64,000 nucleotides of DNA from Paraspadella gotoi. Lineage: Eukaryota; Animalia; Chaetognatha. Below are positions 1 through 10,258 of this stretch, piece by piece; positions within the stretch are counted from its first letter, which is position 1, and the number at the start of each line of letters is the position of its first letter. The stretch covers positions 25,621,293 through 25,685,292 of the forward strand of contig CM119267.1 of the NCBI GenBank assembly GCA_051294375.1, written 5' to 3'. A program made the position numbers and the translations under genes. The notes under the pieces are model-generated. The model did no database searches and had not been told where the DNA came from. It saw nothing but the letters and a program-made list of their open reading frames with translations.

Positions 1-1985
1 CATCCAAGGATGGAAGCGAGAGAGGAGCATTGGATTCATCAAAAAGAATGGCAGGTTGGAGCTAAGGTGAGGAGCTACAGTCCTTAGGGTGTAAGAAAAC
101 TTTGGTGTTCCGAAGCAGCTGCGAAGCAGGGCATAAGCAACTTGGCGGTCACCCAAGGATTCAAGGTTGGACAAAAAGCCCGAGAGTTTTAGAACCCGCT
201 CTTTGAGGGTAAGCTGACAGAAAGAGGCAACCAACGGGCGATGCATAAGAATGATGACCCCTTCATCCATGATCTCAGTGAGAGGCAGTTCCAAAGGAGG
301 AAGAGAAGTGCGGATGTCGGGGGGCCTCCAAAAGGTTGACTTAATGAGGTTTATGTGGAGACCAAGCTTGGGGACATCTTGCTGGAGCAACTTGAAGGCT
401 TGGGCTACATCAGTGGGCCCACCCAGAAAAAGGCCATCGTCCAAATACCAGTTGTTTAGAAGAGCTGGAACCTCAAGCCTGATCTTTTTGACCAAAGAAT
501 GAAGAGCAATGGCGAAGAGAAGGGGTCCTAGGGGATCACCTTGTTGAACTCCAGCCAGACTGAGGATAAAGTCGTCTCCAAAGCGAAGAAGTGGGGCACT
601 CCCATAACACCAATTGACAAAGGGGCTTAGGCTGGGAAGCCGTTTGCTGACTTCAAGGAGCATGGTGGAATGGTCGATGCAATTGAAAGCATTGGAGAAA
701 TCCACCTGAAGCAGCCATTTAGAATTGGAGGGTATGGAACTGTCTTCGAGTATGGCTTGGACTGCGTGAATCAGGGCTTCGGCCCCTCCTTTGGTCCTCA
801 CTCCAAGCTGATGAGGCTCCAGGAAAGTTGCAGCCTGAGGCCCAACTGAAAAGGCCAAACACTTGGCAACAAGACGTCTGAGAACCTCACCTACGGCGAT
901 AGGACGGACGGATCCAGGAGATTTCTTGTTGATGGCGTGCAAAGTGGCCCCGCAGAAGAAAGGTGAAACATCGGGGGGGAGTTTGCCGGAAGCGATGACA
1001 TTTAAGAGTCGGGTTAAGCTTGAGGTTGTCTTGGCTGCCTGAGAGGACTTTCCACAGAAGACTGCCTCCTTAATATGTGAAGCGCGAAGGCCTGATGGTC
1101 CGGGAGCAGTGCCTTCAGGGAAAGAACGGAGGGCTGCAATCATTTGATCTTCACTTATGACGAAAGGGGGGTCAACCTCTATGGGAATGATGATTCCTGG
1201 AAGGGGTTGAGGAGGAGGCGTTCTTCCGTCGGGGATTACCCTTAAGAATATTTGGGCGGTCATTGCTCTCCCATTTGAGAAAGCGGTCTTTGACGAGGTT
1301 TGATTTCCATGCTGTCTTCCACCTCTCGGGGGAGTTGATAAGGTTGCCTTAGGCAAGGCAAAGAGCCATTGAATGCCTTCTTTGTGGGAAGGGTCAATAG
1401 CTGAGCAAAAAATTTTGGACCATGCATTCCGACAAGGCTTTGGGATATGGCGAAAGGTGGGANNNNNNNNNNTTGGTTTACGAGGGGGAGAAGGAATACA
1501 GAGTAAGGAGGGAATAACCTGGGAGGAAGGAGGGGAAGGATGAGGAGGATCCGGGGGAGAGGCCAAGGGAGAGGAAGGAAGAAGAGGAAAGTTCTCTGAA
1601 GTGAGAGGGGGAGGATCCGAGGCTTGAGCGCGAAAGAGACGAAGACCTCCGAGATGTCTTGACTCAATGAAGAAGGAATTCCTTCTGGAGCAGAGGCGGG
1701 GACCGGACATTCTGACAGTACCAGCGAAGGACATTGGAAATGTGCCTGGGGTTGATTCCAACGCAGAAAGCGTGAAAGCGGCGAAGGCAGTTGTCGCATT
1801 GGATGCCTGAGCGACCCTTTCTTCCGTCAATGCGACCGCACTCTTGACAAGGCCACAGCGTCCCAGACGAGGTACGAGGGTGAACCAGAAGATGGTGATG
1901 TCCCGGAGTCGAGGTTTGGGAGGACCATTGGGAGGACCATTGCCCCCCGCGAGAAAAGGGCATGGCAGGGACTGGAAGCTATCTT
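1..1985 (-). mobile_element. CRE-clade-like non-LTR retrotransposon, disrupted; 3' part runs off the window; lies upstream of the first visible CHSY exon, presumably intronic
   Basis: Minus-strand translation of ~1220->1 is open and gives APGPSGLRASH, VRPIAVGEVLRRL, QVDFSNAFN, GVQQGDPLGPLLF and WYLDDG RT motifs typical of CRE-type RTs. Upstream HIPKPCR...LPK...PPRGG segment; assembly gap at 1463-1472. Confidence 0.85.
1664..1963 (-). pseudogene. PHD-finger N-terminal segment of the CRE-like element (frameshifted)
   Basis: CQEC-x12-CDNCLRRFHAFC-x13-WYCQN fits C4HC3 PHD spacing; the last Cys is apparently lost to a frameshift. Confidence 0.7.
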
Positions 1986-2354
1986 TGTCTATAAATAAAA
2001 TTGAATTAGGATTGAACTCGTAAAATTAGGCATCGCATTCAAGCATGTTATCATTTTGCTATCGCAACATCGGGTTTTTATTCCGTTTTTTTTTCTTTTT
2101 TTTTTTTTCAGAAACTGTAACTGTAACTTCGGTACTCTCTGTTTATAAATTTTTTTTTTCTCAAATCGCAAAATATAATTTTTCTTTCTGTTTATAAATT
2201 AATTTTCTTTTTTCAAATTTGATTTTTTTTAATATCAAAATTTGTCGTCAATCCATATTTTTCTTATGCGATTGCTTTTAAAATTTTTTGTTTAAGCCTC
2301 GAGTTTGATCGTTTCCACTTCCCCTTTGATTTTTCACTTTCAATTTCCCCCCAG

Positions 2355-5300
2355 GCCTCGGGCTCGAGATTGGCTCCACATCTTTTGGTCCTGAGGCGCT
2401 GCTCTTCTTCTGCGACGTCGACATGCTCTTCACCCGGGGATTCCTCGAGCGACTTCGACGGGCGGCGATTCGTCACGAGCGCGTCTACTTTCCAATCGTC
2501 TATTCTCAGTACGACCCGAGATGGGTGAGTTTTCGCTGATCTCAAGTTGTTCAATTTTGCAGTTTTTGACTTTTTAATGAAATGAAATTAGTGCAACTAC
2601 TATGAAATTATCCATTCACTCAATAAACAACCTCTGATGGGTTAAGGCTTCCCATTCCTCTTACAAGACAATACTATAGCATGACCTCGTCGGATTTGAA
2701 TTAAGACTCTCTCGCAGTCTAGTTTATTAACTCCCAAAGTACCTGGCTTCCCTCTCTATGAAGTGTTATACTATTTTTATGATTTTTATTTTTATGATTG
2801 TTTAAAAGAACCATCCCTCAAGTAAAGCTTCGGCTTTTCAGGTTTACAACAGTGAAGACGTTCAGGCTGAAACTGATCTCGGTCACTTAACATTCCCTAA
2901 CGAAGAAGAGGAGAACGAGGATTCAGACTTACCAAAGCATCTGCGAAACCCTTACCTTGTCTCCAAAAATTCTGGCTATTGGCGGCAGTTCGGTTTCGGC
3001 ATCGTCGCTCTTTTCAACTCTGACTTCAGACGCGTCGGTAGGTCGCGTCTCTGTTTTTGTCTTTCTTTCCTTTATACCATGATGGAAAAAAAATTGTCGC
3101 GGTTACTTTCCAGCTATTTTTCGGCATTTTAATGTAAGAATCGAAAAATAAAATTTAGATATCGAGAAACTTTGGCCTCTGGTGATTCATCTGAGCTGTG
3201 TCTCATCTATGTATGACAAAAAATACAAGAGTTCCATGCAAAAAAAATTGAGTTGTCCAAAAAAATGCTTCGTTCTTTTTTATCTTTTTCATATCTATAC
3301 TTTTTATTTATATTAATTTCCGGTTCTTTTTATCGTCGCAATCGCTTAGCGTTTGCGACGATATTGTAATGCTTTTGCGCATAAGTGTCGTCGTCGGCGT
3401 TCCAAATTATAGATCGCCTTTTTTATGATTAAATTTGGGTGTATGAAGCTGACAATTTATATACAGCTTCTCATCATCGATGTGCTTAAAATTGGGTCAG
3501 GACAGTTATTAAATGTTTTGTTTACGTTTTATCGAAACAAACAAATTTCCTCTTATTTTTATGTTTCCTTCTCTCTCTCTTTTCTCTTTTAATTACAGCT
3601 CTCTTATTCTTTACTCCCAAGTAGTCCAGGGAATGAATAACTCATAAAGTTATCGTTATAATGAGCTAAGATTTTGTAAAAAGATGAAGGAAAATTTGCT
3701 CTATTGCCCACCTGATGGAAAATAATCAATTCAAAAATTTTGCGCTGAGGTCTTGATTTATTTTTTATTTTGTTTTGCTTCTAAAACAGCTATTTCTTTT
3801 TTAATTTGTTTTATTTTTGGTCCATATAATCGACTAACATGCCCGTACATATTGATGTAATTTCAGGGAGCTATTTAAAAAAACATAGGAGTTATCACAT
3901 AAAAATAAGTTTAAAGATTCTCGTCTAATAATATGCAAATATTTTGTTAAACTCTTAACGCTGATAAAGGCTGGAATTGTATGCTGAAACATGTCCGTTT
4001 TTCTATGAAAAAGAAAAATTGTTATTGAAAATATATTTAAAACTTTTTTCTATAAAAATAGCAAAATTACTTGTTTTATTAATTTAAGTATTAGGTTTTT
4101 TAATATTCGTTAAAAATATATATTACAAATTCTATATTTTTTATTTTTATTATTACTTTAAATTTATTTTAGTTTTGATAATCTAAATCTAAAAATATTA
4201 TATTAATAATGGGAGAGTGTTGTCTTCATTTAATTATAAAATATATTAAAAAGAATAATTAAAAAAATAATTTTGTAATTTTTTTCATAGATTCTCGACC
4301 AAAGAGGAAGAGAGAAAGAAAGAAAACTAAAAAATAAAAGAAGAAAATAAGAAAAAGTGAATAAAAAAAATTAAGAGCAAACAATTTTAAATGTTGAAAA
4401 AAAAATTTAAAAAAAAAAAATCAAGAAAGACAGAGGGGAAATAAAAAAAAAGCAAAAAAAGAAAGAGAAGGGGGTTGCAAAGATTTTAATACATTAAATG
4501 CCTTTCCATTTCTAACCAATTAAAACAAATGAGCAAGAAGCGAACACGCAGGGTTATTATAGCTTCCGGGTTCAATCCTTTATTCTAATTTTTTCTATCG
4601 CTCCCGGTTTCTCGTTCATCAAAAATCCTTTTGATTTCTTTCTTTTTTTCTCTCTTTCTTTCACTCTCTCTCTCTGCGTTTTATTTAAAAAAAATTGAAT
4701 GAGGATTGAACTTATAAAATGTAGCATCGCATTCGTGCATGTTATCATTTTGCTATCGCAACATCAAGTTTTTTTTGTTTTTTTTTCTCAGGGACTGCGT
4801 TTGCTGATCAGTTTATTTTTTGACAATGAAAATTTTTTTTTTCAGAAACTAACTTTAATTTTCTTTGGTACTTTATTATTTTTTTTTATTTAATTGACAA
4901 TCGCAAATAGAATTTTTCTTTCTGTTTATAAATTAATTTTCTTTTCTCAAATTTTTTTTTCTCAAGGGCTGCGTCTGCTGATCAGTTTATTTGACAATTG
5001 ACAATGACAAAAAAAAATTTGCATTTTTTTTCAGAAACTGTAACTTTAATTTTATTATTTTTTTTAATTGACAATCTCAAAATATAATTTTTTTTTGTTT
5101 ATAAATTAATTTTCTTTTCTCAAATTTTTTTTTTTAGTATCAAAATTTGTTGTCAATCCCGATTTTTCTTATGCGATTGCGACGATCCTTATGCTTTCAG
5201 CAGATACCGACTCTATAATTCACTTTGTTGGTCCGCCCCCTCAATATTGTCGGGCATTCACTTATATCATGTCAGAACATCGAATTATGATAAATTATGC

Positions 5301-7926
5301 AAAAAAGATGTCCGTCCGTGTCTGTCTGTCCGTCCGTCCATCCGTCCGTCCGTCCGTCCCATCTTAGCAAAAAACGTTTCGATGGAATCGTAAGAGTGGA
5401 AAAAAAAATATATATATTTCACTATTTGAACACCAATTACTCATGAGTGGATGGGGCGATTGATTTGAAATTTGTATTTGGGTAGAAAGGTGTGTGATTA
5501 AAGTGGAAATCAAGTTTTGATGGAATCATTTGAGTGGAAATGAGTTTAAATGGAAAAAAACAAAAAAACCTGTTTCATTAATTAAATGTAAATGCAGGAT
5601 GTATTAATAAATCAAATAATTAATCAATTAATCAGTCAATCAATCAAGTCAATTGTTATCGACATTATGTTGGACATAAACTCTCGTCGTAATTATTCTC
5701 ATCGTCGTCATTGCTTTTATCGTGGTTAGTGACGAAAAGACCTAAAAACAAACATTTGGGATCAAATTAATTAATTAATTGCTTAATTAATTAATTAACT
5801 TGAATTATTTAATTATTAATTAATTAATTAACTTGAATTATTTAATTATTAATTAATTAATTACTGATAATGATTGTGGGCAGATCCGACATTGTTTGCT
5901 CAAACTTGTTTATTACTTTTTGAGTTAAACTGTTACTATTAAAAATTCCTTCCTTTTCTCAGTCTTATGTCAAATGGTTATTGCATCATCTCCATTAGGA
6001 TAGATTTAGGGATGAATTTTAATTCATATGTCGCAAACAGAGTGGTATTAAAAATTCATTGATGCTGTAGATGTTCCAGAATATTCTTTTTATATTATAA
6101 AAGTAATAAGGCTCCGGGTAACCTTTCTGTGAGCAAAGTTATCATTTTTATTTACCTCTGGATCTATTATCAGAACCAAATATCAAACAAGTCTTAAAAA
6201 AAAAGAAAAATCAAAGATTTTGTTGCATCATCACATTAGGCAGCAATAACTCAAGCCTGGTTTACTTTATAGGGGATCAATCTTTTTCACTGCTTGCCAA
6301 GGATTAACTTTTTCCCCAAATCTGATAAAAAATATAATGTTAGAGATATAATAATAACAATAATGTGAGTAGTCCTCTTGATCAAAAAGAGGTGAAAAAA
6401 GTTGGAGACAACCTCTTTTGGAAGTATTTGTATGTATTAAATAATTTTATGCTGTTGAGAAATAATCTTTTTGTTCATTCCTAGGGAGGTCATATTACAT
6501 ATTAAAACCTATTTACCGGCTAAAAAATATATTTAACAATGAAATTAACCGACTTTTCCAAACCGCGACAATTTGTTTTCCATCATGGTATTCTTTCTCC
6601 TTCATTATCGCGATTGAGTCTTCCTGCCAGGCGGCTTCGACACGTCCATCCAAGGTTGGGGCAAGGAAGACGTTGACCTCTACACGAAATTCGTCACATC
6701 GAATCTGACGATTTTTCGATCGACGGATCCGGGAATCGTCCACGTCTACCACGAGATACACTGCGATGCCGCCCTCCCTTCCAGTCAGTACACTATGTGC
6801 GTTGGCACTAAGGCCTCAAGCTATGCTTCTAGTAATCAGGTACGACTCGAAAATTGGTTTTGTTTTGACCCAAAGAGAATCTGGTTTCCCTATCAATATA
6901 CAATAAAGTGGTATTATGTTATTAAAATTGTTGTATAAAAGGACCACTGTGGCGGTATATTCACACCGCCTCATGTCCACCATCCTCAGCCAAATCCATT
7001 GGCTCAGAGGGGGAACACACCATCCCAGGCGTAGTGTTCCATCCACAGTCCTAATGACTTTCCTCTGCGTTGGCAAAGCGAGACCGTCCTAGGGTAACCG
7101 CGCCAGTGACTGGAGGTGTCACTGAGGGTCGGAAGCCCCCAAAGCCAACAGTGAGATGCCCCATCCCAATGGGCATCACAGGCAACCCGGCTGTTTGCCA
7201 TAAGTGGTGAGCCCTACTATCGAACACGCAACCTTCTCAGGGTACGCTACGACAAACGCCTATGCCCTGCCGACTTCGGGTATGCTACGACAAACGCCTA
7301 TGCCCCTGGGGTACGCTACGACAAACGCCTATGCCCACAACTCGCTCTCTCTCTCTCTCTCTCCCACTATGGTAACAGTCTTGTCAGACACCTCTCAGGC
7401 TTGAGGAACCTGAGTGATGTCTTGGCAGGGGATCCTGTGGCGGTATATTCACACGCCGCCTCATGTCCACCATCCTTCAGCCAAATCCATTGGCTCAGAG
7501 GGGGAACACACCATCCCAGGCGTAGTGTTCCATCCACAGTCCTAATGACTTCCCTCTGCGTTGGCAAAGCGAGACCGTCCTAGGGTAACCGCGCCAGTGA
7601 CTGGATGCATCACTGAGGGTCGGAAGCCCCCAAAGTCAACAGTGAGATGCCCCATCCCAATGGGCATCAGCAGGCAACCCGGCTGTTGCCATACCACTCT
7701 ATTTTTAAATTTCATATATGAATAGTTGAATATATTTCTCTCATCCATTCATCGTCAGATGGCGGCGAAGGTGCTTCAAACGAAGGACCTCCTATTGTCG
7801 GCCGAAGACCGCGAGGCCGGTTTCGAAGCGGCCGAACCCGGAGATATTGCGGTGCAAGTTGCGGCCGGCGGCGGCGCTGACGGCGCCGTTTTTGACGAGA
7901 TTAAGGAAGTCGCCGCCGCACAGTGA
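2355..7926 (+). CDS. CHSY1: Chondroitin sulfate synthase (CHSY1-like), last four exons: 2355-2524, 2842-3037, 6631-6839, 7759-7926
   Basis: Spliced peptide LLFFCDVDMLF...VYFPIVYSQYDP...GYWRQFGFGI...GGFDTSIQGWGKEDVDLY...GIVHVYHEIHCD...MCVGTKASSYAS matches the CHSY/CSGALNACT C-terminal domain; GT-AG phases are consistent. Confidence 0.88.
2580..2825. repeat. Dispersed unclassified repeat (second copy ~40895-41160, partly duplicated at ~41221-41350)
   Basis: Shared segments ATGAAATT.GT.CAAC, CTCTTACAAGA, AAGACTCTCTC.CAGTCT.GTTTATT.ACTCCCA.AGTACCTGGCTTCCCT. Confidence 0.7.
3330..5195 (+). mobile_element. HINE/DINE-1-like (Helentron-associated) family A; other copies ~1990-2285 (3' end only), from 13700, 28360-29430, 40633-43797, 48877-49670
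   Basis: Sub-terminal inverted repeats ATCGTCGCAATCGC / GCGATTGCGACGAT, 5' partial IR GTTTGCGACGAT, (GTC)n microsatellite, inserted in T-runs. Confidence 0.75.
3957..4000 (+). ncRNA. Degenerate Penelope-type minimal hammerhead ribozyme
   Basis: AACG-CTGATAA-AGGC...GCT-GAAAC-AT-GTC-CGTT; stem I AACG/CGTT; core has a G->A change. Confidence 0.55.
5190..5910 (+). mobile_element. HINE/DINE-1-like family B; other copies 10383-12461, 17422-17879, 19406-23268, 23633-24863 (minus)
   Basis: subTIRs GTCGGATCTGC / GCAGATCCGAC, (GTCC)n microsatellite, 3' hairpin GTTTG-CT-CAAAC followed by TTGTT. Confidence 0.78.
7065..7151 (+). ncRNA. Twister ribozyme, type-P5 permutation, in 5' LTR; predicted cleavage 7095/7096
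   Basis: P5 GTTGGC/GCCAAC; P2 GCGA/CCGC; GA; T1 CCG with loop CGG; mini-P1 TCCTAGGG; U^AA; GC; P3 CAGTGAC/GTCACTG; P4 loop GTCGGAAGC. Confidence 0.8.
7556..7642 (+). ncRNA. Twister ribozyme, type-P5, in 3' LTR; predicted cleavage 7586/7587
   Basis: Same motif as 7065-7151; P5 GTTGGC/GTCAAC keeps pairing through a G-U wobble. Confidence 0.8.
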
Positions 7927-8513
7927 AACATCCGATTCACGTTATCGCTTGGGGTTTTGCACAGTGCTTTCCTTGCAGAAATTGAAAGACGTAAAAATTT
8001 TTTTGGGCGGAAATTGAAATCTGTTTATACGCATTTCTACAAAAGTTTGAGATTCCACATGAGTTTGTTCCTGAGAGCTGTGCGAACAAATCGCGTATTT
8101 TTGTAACTTAATTAGCCTTTTATTGTTCACTTTGACATTTTTTACAAGTTGGTTTTATTGCAACTCGTTTGTTGTTTACGCACTCTGCTTTGCGTTATGA
8201 CAATTTTATTCACTAGTTGCCTTCTTACGATTGTTTTTACAGTTTTTTATGTTTAATTATTGTTACAGCCAATTTGTAAGCTGGCTGGGATTATTTTATT
8301 GTTATTTTATTACATTTGAAGATTTATTGTACTCGGCACTGTTACTTAATACTTAATACTCATGCACCTTCCTTTGCAGATGACGATGAAGGTTTTTTCG
8401 TTTTTTCGTTTTTTCGTTTTTTCGTTATAAGGATAACACACAAGATGTTAAAAATTGGTTCTATTCGCTCTTCACGTAGATTAGCCACTTAAGTTAAGAT
8501 TATTTGTCTTAAA

Positions 8514-10135
8514 ATGGTGAGAGTCAAACAAAAACTCTCTCCTATTTTTTCCGTAAAGGAAAATGGGTCTAAAGTTCCTGCGACGGAACACGAGCCCCTT
8601 TCTTTTCCCGTTTTCCTTTCCGCGTCGCGCCGGCCCGACGTTACTTTCCCAAATTCGCCCGGCGTCGAGACGATGGGACGTTACATTCTCCCGAAACCCA
8701 ACGCGCCCGTCTCAGTCACCTTTTTTACGCCTTTGGACGTCACCACGCTGCCGGCGCCTCCCGTTTCCGTTTCTGGCATGGCGCCGGTTGACGGCGTCGT
8801 TTCATCCGAGGCCGACTCCTCTCGCGTCGTTCACCCAAATGCAGTGACGTTTATCGACGCGGAGTCGCCCGTTAACGCGGCGGTGGAGTCGACGCCGGAT
8901 CGCGTCTCCGAGAGATTCGATGTTTTGACCGAAATTGAGCTTCGTTATCGTCGTGGACTCGAATCCGCAAGATGGCGGGCGAGAAGGAAAAGTTTTCGAA
9001 AAATCCCTTATGTTGCCTTGACGAGAGTCTCTCCAGAATCTCTACTTGCTTCAAATTCCAACGAATCTCTTGTGTCCGAGATGCCTTTCACGTTGACTGC
9101 GGATAGATCTCAGGAGTGGTTCATGAAACGGCCACAAGATTTTCTATTGGAGCAGTCGGGGCGGCGGTCGGTGGAGTGGCCTCAGAAACAACTTTTAGAA
9201 CGGACAACGGAAGGGCCGCTTAAGTGGCCAACGGGCAGAGGAACGAAACGAACTGCGTTTCTTCGTCAGGACGGAAGTTGGGCTGTGGTGGATGGAGCCA
9301 CGCCCATTTATGATGATATAATGACCGGAGATGATCGAGAGATTAAATACTCCAATGATGTTGGCGACCCGACCGAGGCTTTGGTCAAAGTCGAACCCAA
9401 CGAAGAAGTCGATTATCACGGCGATGATTACCCAGATGACGATGACGGAGAATGTACCATCGATGCCGATTCCGCAGCCCCAGCCGCAGCCCCAGCCGCA
9501 GCCCCAGCCGACGGTGAGGAAAACTACGGAGACTTTGACGTGAACGGACTCTCCAGTTGGGACGAAGACAGCGACGACGAACTCGAGTTCGACGTCGAAG
9601 CCAAGGTCCTCGTCAAAGCCTGCCCCTTTTGTCGCCAGAGCTTTTTTGGGCCGCGCGGTCGCTTGAAGAGGGCTGTGCACGACAGGCGCTTGGAGAACGA
9701 GGCTTTCGTCGACGATCATGTTGACAGGTTCGACTTCGAGATGTCCATTTCGCTAATTAATTAGTCCAACTCTGATGTTTCGTTTATCAGATGTTGCTTA
9801 CGCCAACACATGGGCAAATTGGTCGCCTGCGAATATTGCGACGTCTCTCACCAAAATCACATTCGCAAAAAGAAAAACCATTTGCGTCGATATCATCCGG
9901 ATCGTTGCCTCTCCTGTTCTTTCCAAGGGTGAGACTTCGAAGTAAATTTTGTATTAAATCCGAGTCATTCTATCTCCGATTTTGTCCATCTTCTCTTTCC
10001 AGATGCTTTAAAACCTTCGCTCTCCCCGAGGACTTCTCTCGTCATTTGGCCTCCGATCATCCGCCCGCCTCTCTAGAGAAGGTCTTTCGTGGCGGGCGGA
10101 AGAAAAGAGGAAGACCTCGGAAAAAACTTGGATGA
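8514..10135 (+). CDS. C2H2 zinc-finger protein with C-terminal AT-hook; exons 8514-9727, 9791-9928, 10003-10135
   Basis: Spliced C-terminus CEYCDVSHQNHIRKKKNHLRRYH, CSFQGCFKTFALPEDFSRHLASDH, KKRGRPRKK; acidic disordered middle; GT-AG introns in phase. Start codon uncertain. Confidence 0.8.
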
Positions 10136-10258
10136 ACTCGGGAGTTTTCATCGTTTGGATTTCTCGATCGCTGCTTCTTTATTTTTATGGATTCTCTTTG
10201 TTAGATCGTCACTATGATTTTCAATTGCGAAAAAATTAACGTTAGACTTCAACTAAAA

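Larger units (their letters stand above)
3077..6588. mobile_element. TA-flanked MITE (Tc1/mariner-like), TIR CCATGATGGAAAA, with nested HINE insertions
   Basis: TA|CCATGATGGAAAAAAAATTGTCGCGG ... CCGCGACAATTTGTTTTCCATCATGG|TA; colinear second copy at 14790-16037. Confidence 0.75.
6948..7693 (+). mobile_element. TRIM / LTR-retrozyme-like non-autonomous element: LTR 6948-7202, internal 7203-7435, LTR 7436-7693
   Basis: Two near-identical ~256-bp direct repeats TGTGGC...GCCATA; PBS-like TGGTGAGCCC at 7205; purine tract GGCAGGGGA before the 3' LTR; 4-bp TSD CCAC (6944-6947, 7694-7697). Confidence 0.88.

Noticed and set aside
7049-7090. Hammerhead in the TRIM LTR (CTAATGA...GAGAC)
   Set aside because: Both core boxes are mismatched; the twister fold explains the region with covariation.
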